From Ptychomitrium polyphyllum (Eukaryota), in the NCBI GenBank assembly GCA_973851085.1, contig OZ316775.1, positions 18,538,001-18,602,000 on the forward strand: a stretch of DNA of 64,000 nucleotides, written 5' to 3'. Numbering within the stretch: the first letter of the stretch is position 1; each line of letters begins with the position of its first letter. Positions 1 through 13,527 of the stretch are shown here, one piece after another. The position numbers were made by a program, and so were the translations under genes. The notes under the pieces were generated by a model. It saw nothing but the letters and a program-made list of their open reading frames with translations. It did not search any database and was not told the DNA's origin.

Positions 1-605
1 AGGTTGACGCAGTTGCCCTTGCAGCAGGTGTATTTCCTGTTACACTTCTTGTGGTACCCGCACTGCATCGAATCTTGGTGAGGCTTCTTGTCGTCGGCTT
101 TCTTCTCGGGCTTGCGGCATTTGCCAGATCTGCAGCAGTACCCCTTCTTAGTGTTGCAGCATTTGCCGCACTTGCCACAGTTGCTGTTGTCGCTCATCAA
201 GTTAACGCACTTCTTCTTGCAACATCCGGGCTTCTTAAAGTGCTTCTTGCAGTGTTTCACGCTCCAGCACCGTTTCCCTGACCGCTCCGTCAGAATACGC
301 GCTAGTGGGTGCGCCGGGGAAAGATCATCTTCAGCCCCTCCCTCGTCATCGGCCACTTCAGTACTACTATCCAAGGTATCGTCTTCAACTGAACTGCTGT
401 AGATCTCATGGACTTCGGATCCAGGATACCCCTCCGAATTTCGCACCTCATCCAAGGTCGTCTCGTGTGTCACCTGGGAGCTCGACGAGTCAACAGCATT
501 AATGCCTCCCACGTTGCTTCTCGCTTCGTCAGCAAGCACAACGCCTTGGAGGCAGACCACGGCCCCCAGCAATGCCAGCAACATAATGGCGGTCTGAGGA
601 GTCAT
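1..605 (-). CDS. STIG1-like secreted cysteine-rich protein, paralog A (5' part; continues past the window start)
   Basis: Manual translation from ATG at 605: MTPQTAIMLLALLGAVVCLQGVVLA (signal peptide), acidic spacer, then ARILTERSGKRCWSVKHCKKHFKKPGCCKKKCVNLMSDNSNCGKCGKCC...DSMQCGYHKKCNRKYTCCKGNCVNL. Open to the window edge, so absent from the ORF track. CVNLxxDxxNCGxCG is the Stig1 motif, and the protein is collinear with 22744..23997. Confidence 0.88.
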   Translation of the reverse strand, partial: MTPQTAIMLLALLGAVVCLQGVVLADEARSNVGGINAVDSSSSQVTHETTLDEVRNSEGYPGSEVHEIYSSSVEDDTLDSSTEVADDEGGAEDDLSPAHPLARILTERSGKRCWSVKHCKKHFKKPGCCKKKCVNLMSDNSNCGKCGKCCNTKKGYCCRSGKCRKPEKKADDKKPHQDSMQCGYHKKCNRKYTCCKGNCVN

Positions 606-3600
606 GATGAATCACGAACACTGTGATGCAGCCACTTTGGTTCGAGGAGCTCACTAGGTGCGCTACATTCACTAAGATCTAACAGATATTACACGAGGAT
701 TACACTCGGTAATCTCATACAAAGATGGAGCGACTCAGATGACCCGGCTCTTAGAGTGGAAGGTGAAGCTCATGACCTTTCAGTTACAGGGTAGGGATGG
801 GGAACTTACTGGCAGAGAAGTTGGAACCCGCTTGGCGATCTGTAATATAGGGATCGATGATCGACAGTGCTCCATTGCGATGGATGATCGGACAACGTTG
901 GTTAGGATCCCAGGATTTTCGATGTTGTATTTCCATGCGTCCCGTACTTGGATATATACGGCCTGGAAAATGGCTGCCGAGCACTAGTCAGGCTTCTGTC
1001 TGGCCCTTGGGTGTCGCAAATAGACACCCCAGGGAATCACCTGCCTCGTTGAACCTTCATCATTCTCGTACTCCAGGTAGGATACCTTTACAACTGTGAT
1101 TGAATTTTTTTGAGATGTTTACCGACCCACTGGGCCACTGGAGTGGCCTGTAGCGAGTCACGATCGACAGGCAGGTTTTCATCCCAATCTGTTCGTCCAA
1201 TTCCTCGAGCTGGAAATTATGGCAATTAGAAAGGTGGATGTATTGACTGTAGTGCCGGATGAGACAACTAGTGAGAGTGCGAATTATGTAATGTTACTAT
1301 TGCACTACTTCTATAGGAGTAATCTACTTATTTAACAGGACAAGAGAGAATGACAATGACGTTCGACATCCTCATATTCATCGAGTGTCTCTGTCCATAA
1401 GTTCCCATGTCTAATCAAGAAATGGACAAGTTGGTCTATGAATATTAGGAGTTGTCTAGAGATGAACCAGAGATAGCCCTTGGCACTGTGCAACGAAGTG
1501 GTCCCAATATCATTACGCGATTCAGTATGTAAGTTGCTCGGGAGTGCCTGAATCAATGATTCTCTGCTGTAATTATCTCAATTGATGATTTGTGCCAAAT
1601 GGTAGCAGAATGGCGTTTTTCTTGACGTTGTTTCCTTGTGATGACAACGTTGTGATGAGACAACAGTGCAGCTGACGTCTTTATTTCTTCCCAACTGGAG
1701 CCTAATCAACTACAGTGCATATGTGGTGCAAGTTTTTCTCCCTTCTGGTTTAAAACAAATGAAACTAGATTCATTGCTGTAAGTGAAAGTATTCATTGCA
1801 TATATAGTGAATAATGACAACAACAACCAACCACCGCCAAGTTCTCAAGCTCGTATATCACATGTTTGCCCTCAAACTCCTGGCCTGGACACAACTCAAT
1901 GTTTCTGTTTGATTGCGGCATATGATAAAGACTCGTTGCTAAGAAGTCCAAAGGTGAGCCTTTTGCCATTTATGAGTTACCTAGAAGAAGCCGTTTCAGT
2001 CCAAATATGAATCTTGAATTATTTAGGGCTCCTGCAAATGAAATTATTTTAATCTTTTTGCACCTTCCCGGTGGTTTTGACAAATTGTACTATTTGGCAT
2101 CAATACAATTGTACCAGGTACGATAGGTTTTATGTTATAAAAGTTTTTTGGTCATCATTCTACTGCTTTTCAAGTAGAAATTATTGTATTATTAGCTCAT
2201 GAAGAACCTATGCAGATGAACTATTAGCTCATTGAAGGATCTAAACGGATGGAGTATCTATTGGCCACTTGAATTAATGAATTGACAAAGTTCATGTAAT
2301 AAGATAATATTAAGTTGGATTTACTTGTAGCTTCAAGATACCTGCAGGTTTGAAGATATTTGTATTGACCGTGTTGATAAAAGCCTTGACTTGTGGTGAG
2401 CAAGAAGGCTACAATCCACTTAGTGACAAATCTTAAGCTAAGTTTGATTGAATTTTTATTAGGAATATAATAGAATAATGGAAATAATAGTAAAAAAGCC
2501 TTCATTAATTTTAGTACATAAAAAGGTTATGGCCAAATGTACAGGGACTAAAAAATCATTTGTCAACCTTAAGTTTTGTATTGAAGAAAGTGTTGTGGAG
2601 TTTATATAGTATTATGGAATATATGTAGAATTATGGAGTTTTAGATGTGGAGTTTGTAATCTTAACTACAACATATAAAGGGTGAAAATGTTTTGTGTTA
2701 TAAAGGAATTGAAATCATGTGATAGTTGATGTTGTCAATTATTCTTCAAAAATTTATACCTTGACAATACTATGAAACTTATAACCAAGAAACTTAGAGT
2801 AAGCACCACAAATACTAAATCACCTCTTAAATATAAACTACCAACATAACTAATTGGTTTCATACACAGTTTCTAAGACATTAAAATAATTATTTAATTT
2901 GACCTAGACTATTGACCAAGAAAATTATACGGATGATTCTTCAACATGGTAAGCCTATAATATGTTTTATCAAATATTCAATAAAAAATGCATATGCACA
3001 CATTTATCACAAAATTAATTCTCACCGTCAATCAAATATCCATGGGCACCAAATCAACAATTCAGTGTTGAATCTCTCTGCTTTATGATTTGTAAGATGA
3101 ACATCTAAAATTTAGATTTTACCTTAATTTAAAGCTAAATCTTAGTAATTTGTGGAGATCCCTTATTGCATTGAAATACTTGATCCATCAATTTGGTGAA
3201 ACCAAACTTTGAATTATGGAAAAAAAGAGGTACATTCTACCTTATGTTCTTTGGGCATAAAGCTAGGATATTGGAGGAAAGAATACTCCACTTATAATCA
3301 TTTTTTTACATTGTCATCATACTGCTTAAAATAATGAGAGTTCCTAAAATTTGAATTTATAGGTAATTAGGAATTATGGAATTTTACAAAAATATAGTAA
3401 ATGGCATTGTCTACATCATAATATGTGGTGGTATTAAGTTTAAAACATTGATACTAAAATCAGAACATATTTTATGTATGACTTTGAATTCAAGTACAAG
3501 GGAGGAAGAAAGAATTCCTTCTAACCTTAATATTTTTATCTTTGAAGTGCTTCCTGAACTTTTGCTTATGAAGAAACACTATGAACCTTGTATGTGAGCA

Positions 3601-6600
3601 AATTCTACAATTTAAGCTTATTATTGTAAATGATGGACCAGTTAGGCAAATGTTTTTTTAAAAATTATTTAAAAATAATCAACTTAAGCACTTTTATTAA
3701 ATGTTTTTTTGGAATTAAGTTTTTTCTGGTAGCTTATTCAAAATTTTGGCATTATCCATATCCATGCTTTTAAAACTTTTTCAAACATAGGCATTTCTTA
3801 TGCATTATTTTGTACAAAACTATGAAGATTTGTTAGTATCAAACATAAAATATTTTGAAAGAGCATAAACATTCTATAAGTGATAAGGTGTCATTTATTC
3901 TTCTTTAGTTTTATTTTACAAAGGCTATCTTTAAGTTTCACATTGGCTTTTATTAGGCTTTAGATGTGGTGCAAATTTCCATATATCAAAATTTTAATTT
4001 TATAACCTTTATTGGAAGTTAAAATATTTAAATAAATGAAATATTTTTTAAAAGAAATACTTGTTTTATTCAATGTATGTGGATAAATATTTTATTGTAC
4101 ATGAAAAAGAATTTGATGTATGTTTTGATAATTTTAAAATACAAAAAAAAATTGGACCAAATTTTATTAGGCAATTTTTTTGCAAATTATTTTATGCTTA
4201 ATTTGCCCATTGGCTACAAATAATTGAGAAAAATGAGAGACGTAAACTAATAAAATGCTTTTTTCTTTATCCTATTTTCAAGTGCCTTCATTTTAAAAGC
4301 CTTTAATTACAATAAGTAGTCCACATAAGTAATTTTTCATCCATGACTTTTATTTTTGCCTATATAGTGTAAAATTCTTCTTATATTGGCATCTAATTAC
4401 AATGCAAGAATATATGTGCCTCTATATTTGCTTTCTATATTTTGTCTTCCAATTAATGAATAAGCAATTTTTCTTAACAACCATTGTGATTAGTTTATAA
4501 TTTAATTGTCAAGAACTCTAAAATTTGAACATATTATAAATTGGCAATCATGTATTAAATTAAGATTGTACAAATTGTATTTATAAAATTAAATTTGAAT
4601 GGATATTCTAAGATATAAATCTATTATATGTCAATATATGTAGAGATGTAATAATTTGCATAAAATTAGCTGAATGAAATTGTCAAAATATAAGTTCAAT
4701 TTCAAAAACAAAGTCTAAAATTTGGATGATATTTTAAATATTTGGATGTTGTCTAGATGTATCTTTTAAATAAGTCCATGCTTAAGAATGCAAACATTCA
4801 CACTTTATAATTAAAATTGTCTAATTTGCACTTTCAAAGGAAATAACAATATAACTATATTGCATCCATATCTTCATGTGTTTGTAGTTGGTCTTATTAT
4901 GATTTTAATTTATATATTCAACTGTATTTGCTGGTTAAAGGAAATACAATTAGCACCTACTCCACATGTTTGCCTAATGCCAACTTCTACATGTTGAATT
5001 ATAATTCATGACGCATATCTATTTAGTTTGAATTTGATCAAAGACCCTCCACACTCATTCTCCAATCCTCTTTTGCTAGGGTGCCGCTGAGGTACTGGGG
5101 TGACATTAAATTTTTTATAAATAAACACACCTTTTCAAACAAAATTTAAAAACTTGTGTAATGTTAGTTCTGAAAGAATAATGAGAGCTGAATAAAAATG
5201 ATTATGTTTTTATTTTAAATTAGCCATATGTTTTGAAAGATTGAAGCATTCATGTGGAATGAAAAAATTGAAGCGCAAATGTGTACATCTATTTTTCCAA
5301 AAATGTAAACTACTTCAATTTTCTTCAAATTTTATATAAATCTTGGGTTATTTAAGCTTTTATAACAAGGTAATTAATATTGGGTTTTAAAAGCATTACA
5401 AGATTCAAAGATAAATTGCAAGGCATTATTATGTAATCAAATTATTTGTTTGATTTAAATACTCATTGAAAGTAATAATTCCAGTTTCTATAAAACTTCA
5501 AATGAAACTTCAAACAATCTAGGAAGTTTGTAGGATTTTCTTTATTATATTGAATTTCAAAAAAATAATGTTATATATTTTTTAAAATTTTATAATATAC
5601 ATGGAACTAAAGAAAACTATAATGCAATTTATTTTAGTGATGAAGTATTTTTAATTAATTTGTTTTATTATTGCTCATACATGAATTAGTAAATTTAAAA
5701 GGTCCTAAGTTGTATTTGAACCAATTTGGATGAAACTAATAATTTACTAAAGATATTTAATATCTTAGCCTTGAAAATTTTGTATTAATTAAGTATTTTC
5801 ATACAAAACATTTTTTGAAGCTAAATGTGTAAAAAATGCAATTATATAAAAATAAAATATATGATTATATTGATGCATCATGCAAATTCTATATGATTCA
5901 TCCTTATCACATCATCATAAATGCCTTTTAGCCAATGAATTTATAGTACCCAATAAAGGAGAGTTTTCTTTTACACTAATTTGTAATTAAATTGAAGCTA
6001 CTTTGGGATTTTAGATTCTTCTAATAATTTTATAAAGGATTTTATTCCATTCTAATTTTTTTTATAGTTTTTAATAATTATGCCTTGAATAAATTTAGTA
6101 TTGATTTATACAAGTAATGTTTTTTTTTAAAGGTCTATTTTACACAATTTAGTATAACACTAAATTCTTTGTATTTTGAAGCAAGCAAATTGATCTACAA
6201 TGTTAAATTCAATTTGCATTGAATTCTACTTTTTAAATTTTTTATGCATTTAAAATTTTATAAACCTTAATTCTTTTAATTAAGTTATAAATGCAATCTA
6301 ATTCTATTTTATTTATATAATATGATTATTTATGATTTTTTCATCATGTTTATGCTTCATACATTAAAAAATATACATGATAATCAATCTTCAATTCAAA
6401 TACTTTTTATAAATGTTTATACAATCAATATTTCAAATGATTGGCCACAAGTTATGATTTTTCTTTTCATGCAATTCAACCACTCATTATTATAAATGTA
6501 TCCAATTTATCAATTCTTAGAAGTTACTATAAGTTTAATTTCAGCAATTTCTCAAAAGTTACTTTTTTTATTAATTTTTTGTATCAAATTTTAATATAAA

Positions 6601-8244
6601 TAATAGTATATTAAATACAAATTGTTTACACAATAAATAAAAGATATTCAAAGAAATACGTTTAATTAACTTTTAAATTCTTCAAGTTCCATCAATCCAA
6701 TAATTCATTCATATAATATAAATTCAAAAACTATCAAGTATTCATTTTCTTGCTAGAATTCACATTTAATTTTAGTAATATAATAAAATGATGTATAAAA
6801 AAGGGTATTCATAGCTTTAAGATGAAAAGGTACAACTTTTTAACAAAGGTTTTATTTTGAATTACATTCTATACTATTATATGGTTTTATTAAATTAAAA
6901 TTGTAGATCTAAATTCAAACTCAAATACTAAAGAAGTGATTCTATGGTATAATTTCCTATGAATTATCACAATATGACTTAAATAGGATTTGACAATCAA
7001 AATTATGAGGCATTCCTATATGAATGAGGCACTTGTTTACTTTAGCATCTAAGCTTGTAAAATTCTCTTCATAGCCATTAATCTTACCTTGGATGTTTTT
7101 TATTGCAAAATAAAAAGATGAAAATGACTTATTTAATAGCAGTTTATTGTTCATCCAATATTAATTTTTCAATTCTTTTTTTTATCCTTCTAGCTTCTTG
7201 CTTCTAATTAATGTCCTTTGCAACAACTTCTTTGGGTTTATTTATTTCTGGAATATGATTTGTATTCTTTATCTTTCAATCTATTTCCTTCTAGCACTTC
7301 TTTTTAAAGAGTGGCAATTCCAATATGGTTATTTCTAATAAGATCATTTGTTCTAATTTTAAACATTAAATAATTTTTTTATATTCATTGCTTTTATAGT
7401 TAATTTCCAATTTGATTTTATTTTTAACTAGTTAATGCAATTCTTCCTATTTAGCCCATTAAATATATTCAAATTCAAATTCCTTTCTAAAATAGAGTAA
7501 ATACATCCAAATAATTAAATTAATATATCATACTTACTTTCTATTTTTATTCCATATAGATTATCTCAAATCAAAATGCACAAATCAACCAAGAAGAAAT
7601 ACTACATTTATTAGAAATGGCTCAATTACTTTACCTTCCAACTTGCTGCCATAATCTATTGAAAATACACATTTTCAAATAATCTATGAATACACTCATA
7701 GATCATTTAAAAAATTATCTTATTCAATATTGCATTCAATCATTGGACATTCAAAGGTCATCATTTAAAAGCTATTTTTTATTACTAAGGTAACTTCAAT
7801 TTGGACGTGCATACAAAAAAAATCCAAAATAAGCTATTTATTATTTTTCCTTAACATCATTTAGAAGCTACTCCCAAAACTGTCTAATTTGGACTTAATT
7901 CTTGTTTATATTATTAATTTAAACTGGATTCTTGTACCAACTTTTTGCACACTTACTAAGGAAAAATTATCATAGTAGGATAGTTCTATTTAAATATTAT
8001 TAAAAACTAACTATATACATAAATTTCCAAATTTACCAAAATCATCCATTATTTTTGTTTAGTGCACATACACTAAAAATAATAATCTAGACAAAAGTTT
8101 ATTTTTAAAAAATTCAATTTCATATCTTTTAACTATTTTACATCTTCATTAGAATGTAAATTTTTAATTTGGTTTTTAATAGCTATATTACGGTATCAAG
8201 AGATATGTCTTTTCATATTCATTAATTATCATCTATTAATATTA

Positions 8245-8248
<4 letters not shown>

Positions 8249-8302
<54 letters not shown>
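8249..8302. repeat. (TA)n microsatellite
   Basis: About 27 consecutive TA units. Confidence 0.95.
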
Positions 8303-8307
<5 letters not shown>

Positions 8308-9616
8308 ATTTTTAATTTTTTTAAATTTTTAAACATAGTATTGAAGCATATATAATTCTAAATAAAAATCATTTCATGAATTAGAAGTAAGGATAAACAT
8401 TCATATTATATATATTGATTAACTGTTAAATAACAATTTAAGCAACTATAACTACTTCAAATTCAATACAAAAACCTATTTGGTAGAAAAATTAACATCT
8501 ATTAATTATAATTAATGGAATTTTGAAATAGAATTGATTTCTTTTCAATAGTAATGCAAGTAAACATTACATTAAATTTGAAATGTTATGAACAAAATGC
8601 ATGGAGAATTAAAGATGCTAAAATAAGAACAAATATTATATTACATTGTAGTGATAACTTATTGGAATTATGCAACAAAAATACTACAACAAGCACAAAG
8701 AGAGCAAGATTGTAACAAAGAGAAGTGTGAAGCAAGATGACTCTTATTTCCAACACGTTTTATTTATATAATGGAAGAAAACACTTAAGGATAACCAATC
8801 TTTAGTCCTAACCACTTTAACAATCCTAATTACCATAAGTGCCAAGCCAAGCCCTAGCCCTAACTACCCTAATAATTCTAAATACTATAATCATTGGCCA
8901 AGTTCTAGTCATCACATAAACTCTTGTTGCCTTTATTTAACCTTAGCTTCCATTTTCTATATGGCCTATTCTTTCACATCTTTTTGACTACTAGCAATCT
9001 ATTAAGCTCAAATCTTATAGGTGGTGATTTCAACTAAGATTACTTTATAACTTCTAATCCTTCTAACATAAACAAATAAGTTTTATAAAGTTCCTTAAAA
9101 TATTTTTAAAAATATAATAAATTAGCCTCTAAATATTGAAATTAATTTTGTAACACAAATTATTGCATCAAAAATATTAATTCAATAGTTGAAGATTCTT
9201 CTCCCATGTTATAGTTGAAAACATAGCATTGCATTAGTCTACAAATAATGCAAAATTTAGACATCTCTATAATAAAGTGTCTCATAATTCAAACAATGTA
9301 GCATAGGATTTACAATATGCTACATTCATTATTTTGGAATAATTTCCAAATATAATGCTCATTGATGTTATAATCAACTTGACGTGAAATCAAAATAAGA
9401 ATTAAATATAATTATACTATAATAAAGAATTTATAATAAAGAATTTTCAATGAGAAGTAATATGTTTTAAATATGACCAATGAAATTCATATGAAGAAGT
9501 TATAAATGAGTTAATACAAGTAAAAACAAACAAATTGACAGGGTTTGATTAATTTTTATAAAAAAAAAATACTGTAATCTTAGAATTTTTATAAGTTTAA
9601 ATTTAAAAAATAGAAT

Positions 9617-9696
9617 AATAACATCAGTGATTAAATTGAAAACAAGTAAAAAATAGAGTAATAACATCAATGATTAAATTGACAACAAGTAAAAAA
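9617..9696. repeat. Tandem duplication of a ~43-bp unit
   Basis: AATAACATCAGTGATTAAATTGAAAACAAGTAAAAAA followed by AATAACATCAATGATTAAATTGACAACAAGTAAAAAA. Confidence 0.8.
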
Positions 9697-11349
9697 GAAT
9701 CATATTAAAAAATATTATTATAGTAAGTAGATTTTGGTTTAAAGTTATAATTTTTTTAATAATATATGGGAATTTTAAAAAATAAGTCTAAGTATTATTG
9801 TGTTTATTTAATTTGAATTTGTATATGTATGAATTTGACTTATAAGTAAGTCATATAGATAAAACTAGAAGATTTAAAAATACACTAAAAAACAAAATAA
9901 AGAGTTGAATTTAAGAAATTGAACTTAGGATATAAATTGTAAAGCATGAATTAAAAGTGAAGTTAAAAGATGATTACTCCTCTTAATGCATGATTGGTTG
10001 AATGAAAGAACAAAAAGTAAGCATTGAATTTTTATGCTTAAAATTTCAAAAGTGATATTTATCATAAACATAATCATATAATTGAACATGCATAAGTATA
10101 ATTAATTTGTTTAAGTAGAATTGTGATTCTTTCCTTAATTCACCATCTTGTTTTAAATTTTTTTTTATTATAGGCATGGCAATGGAATGAAATTAATTGC
10201 CTAGAGTAAAAATTTCAATTAAAAGGTAATTAAATGAAATATGAATTCAAAGTATATAGCTACATGTTTCAAACAGTGTGCTTAGATTTAGGAGTCTCTC
10301 CTTAACAATCATTTAGAAGAATCATGAGGAGAAAGTCTCTTTTATACAGAAGTGATTGCTTGAAATATTAATTTGAAATATAGATGAATGTATTTGTTCT
10401 TTTTTTAAGAATTAGAAGTAAATCAACAAAACCTATAGAATATCAATTGTAGAATTTAATTTCAATCTATAGATACTTCTAGATATTTACATATTAGATA
10501 AAATTGACCATCCATTAAACAAACTTTTAAATCAAATAGCTTTGATGTTTATATTTAAAACCCATAAATTCACTTTACATGCACAAAATTCTATTTAAAT
10601 CAACTATTATGAACCAATGATATGCCATTATTGTGATAAGTTAAGTCATAAACAAGTTGATTGTAAAACTTTTGTATACCAAAAGGCCAATGATACGTAC
10701 AAATTACAAACTAGTATTATATTAAATAGACATTCCAATATCAATTCTACAAAATCAATTACATTTTGCTTATTTATAGTTATCAAAAATAATGTACTTG
10801 CAAATTTATTGATTTAATACTTGAATATTAAAGCAACTTGTTATATTTTACTTATAAAGGATTGGCTTGTATTAAATAAAAATTAATTTTTTTCTCTTAT
10901 TAATTTATTGAAAATGATACCAAATATTAATAATAAATTAAACAGTAAAGGCACTATAAACATACAAGATGTTTTACATGTTCTTAAATTTGTTTTTAGT
11001 TTATTTGGCTATTGTTTAATATTAAAATGTTGAGCTTTTTTCAATAATTATTGCAATATCAAAGATAATAAAGATTTTATAAAAAGAGTCAAGCAACTTG
11101 GCAATTTGTATTTGTTGGAAGTTAAAATTTTTAAATTAAACAATCCAATTTACATGTAATAAATAAAATTTCTATAAAAGAATTTGTTAAAGACATGTAA
11201 ATCAATATAATTTGGAAAATATGAGCAAGTTTGAAATGCATATTTCAATAAATATATTTCAAATTTTCTTATCAGAAGTTATTTAGTTGGCTTGTAAAAG
11301 CTTCTTAAATATAATATGAATAATTTAACCGGTGCTTCATAGAGAATAG

Positions 11350-13158
11350 ACTCTTTTGTAATATAATAGAAAGATATCAAAAAGATTAAAATTAAATTAA
11401 AAATTAAAATATATTTTTGATACAGAATTGATCAAAAGATTTTTTTACTTAATTGTATTTAATTTAGTTTTTTAAATTTTTATGCCACAATGTGAAGAGG
11501 TTAGTATGACTTGTTCAAAAACAACCAAATGAAATTCAATTATAAATGCCCTTAAAGCACTAAAGATCATGACCAAGAATATTTTTTTTTAAAAATGAAG
11601 AACTTTAAATGACCATACATAATGATATAAGAGCAGAAGTATCTTGATTACTATTCCAAGTCACTCTAGGTTTCCATCACCTAAATCTATTATATTAGAG
11701 GACACAAAAATTCAAGCCAATAATTCAATGTCAACAGCAAAGGAACCAAGAATCAACCTTTTAGAGAAGTTTGGCGATATGAGTTCAAAATTTTGAGGCT
11801 TTGTAAACCAAATTCTATTTTGTTATCTAATTCCAACCTCCACAATATTCTACGGACCCTTCACGCATTAGTTTGGTGGAAATATTGATTCATTCCTAAT
11901 TGTGTTTGTAGAAGCATTTGGTAAGCATTACAAGCTTCGTTTGCAACCACTACAATTTGTACTCTATACCAAAATCACATTTGATATCAATCCATGCATT
12001 GGAATTTTGGCAACTTGCATGCAACATTAATTGGGGAGAAAAAACTTTGCTCAGTCAATTTCATTGAAGCGTACATGACAAATTTAAAAATTTATTGCCG
12101 TCCATGCCAAATTTCCAAACACTTGATGAAGCCATTAGCCAAGCTCTGAAGTACGATAACCGTCTATTTCAACATTGGTAAGATAAATGGGCTTTGATTA
12201 TGTTGCGGCCATATACCAATTTCTTAGTAGCCTCAGCTCCATCAACCTTCAATGAATATTTGGAAGTAGAAGCCATATAGATTGATGCAATTTGCTTCAA
12301 GCCACTTATCAAATTTGATAAGAAGTGTCAAAGGAAGCAAGGCTTGTATTTGTACTGTAGAAAATCTAACTACAAGGTTCATAGTTGTTTCAAGAAATCC
12401 CTACGTACACATTGAATGAAAGATACAACCGTGGCGCCAAATGTTTTGCGAAAAAACGAGGACATCCAATTAGAATAGGAATCGTAAGGCTGGATTCACT
12501 TTCTTCACAAGAAAAAAAGGTCTTGTATTAATAGCTCATCATTCTTCTAGCTTTATTATACTTGTTTACTTGGATGTTCAAAAATTCAAAAGCCTTGCTT
12601 TGTTGGAATTGCAGCATTTGTTTGTTTCATTGATAAGGAGTTTTTGAAAACCTATAAGTTTCTTTTTAATAGAAAGCCTGAGTTCGTCCATGTAGAAGTC
12701 ATAAATGGCTGACCTTTATTCTTTGAAGATGCTATTCATGAGACCACTTTATTATAAATACCATTAGATAACCATAGTAGCCAAGTGGTGTTTGATGTCA
12801 TTAGGTCTCTATGAAATTCCATCATTTAAAACTCTCTTGGTTCAAAAAGTACAATGTATATATATATTGGGCATTTCGTAAAATATAATTTTCTACGCTA
12901 AAACATGTAATTATTAAGCCTTGAAAGGAAGCTTATGCATGTTACAAAAATAAAATCATGAAACCTCTCATTATTGGAGCTAGAGCATTTATGAGGGTGG
13001 TAAAAATGAGCACTTTTTTGGTTGTTTGTGTAACATCAATGTCCAAAGATGTAGCTTCATCATCGATCATTACAAAAAAGTATAAAGAATTCTAAGATGT
13101 ATTCAAAAAGGAAAATGCAAACACCCTACCAGAACATTGGCCGTATAATTGTGCCTTT
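11350..13158 (+). mobile_element. Degenerate Ty3/Gypsy gag-protease fragment
   Basis: Reverse-complement homolog of 31190-32330 and 39500-41300. Decayed motifs KEPRINL.EKF, CLYC, PLIIGARAFMR, NANTLPEH.PY.CA, with many stops and frameshifts. Confidence 0.8.
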
Positions 13159-13527
13159 TGTTAAGGACATATATATTAGAAGCTTCTAAAAAGATTTTTA
13201 GTAGGTCTAGAAAAACCAAGGAAGCTTCTATAAAAGTTTTTATTACTAAGGTAGCTTCTAGAATTTCCCTTGATTAAAGCAAGCTGAGGTTGTTTGAGTA
13301 CAAAGTATGGTATTATAAGTGTCTCAAAAAGCCTATAAGGCTTGTAGTCTTAATATATATAGAAATTGAGGGTAAAAAAATCTTCAGCCTCAACAACACA
13401 TCTCTTATGGTCTAGCTCAAACCACCTAGTCTTGTCTCTATATTTTGTTATAGTTTTTTGTTTCTAATATACCTTGAAAATACCTTAAAGTCCAAAAAAT
13501 TTGTTAGCCTTTTTTATGCCCATATCA
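13159..13527 (+). mobile_element. Gypsy LTR copy (solo, or 3' LTR of an internally deleted element)
   Basis: TG...CA ends. Reverse complement of the LTRs at 26845, 34599, 41437 and 42548 (shared TTTGAGTACAAAG and GTAGTCTTAATATATATAG blocks). Confidence 0.7.

Larger units (their letters stand above)
2100..11350. mobile_element. Highly decayed AT-rich transposon remnants, including a Copia-like gag/protease relic on + (~10600-11150)
   Basis: Very AT-rich with no long ORFs. ORF 10617 contains a zinc-knuckle-like CHYCDKLSHKQVDC, followed at ~10815 by a decayed YL(N)..AT..I motif resembling Copia protease WYLDSGATxH. Boundaries are approximate. Confidence 0.45.
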
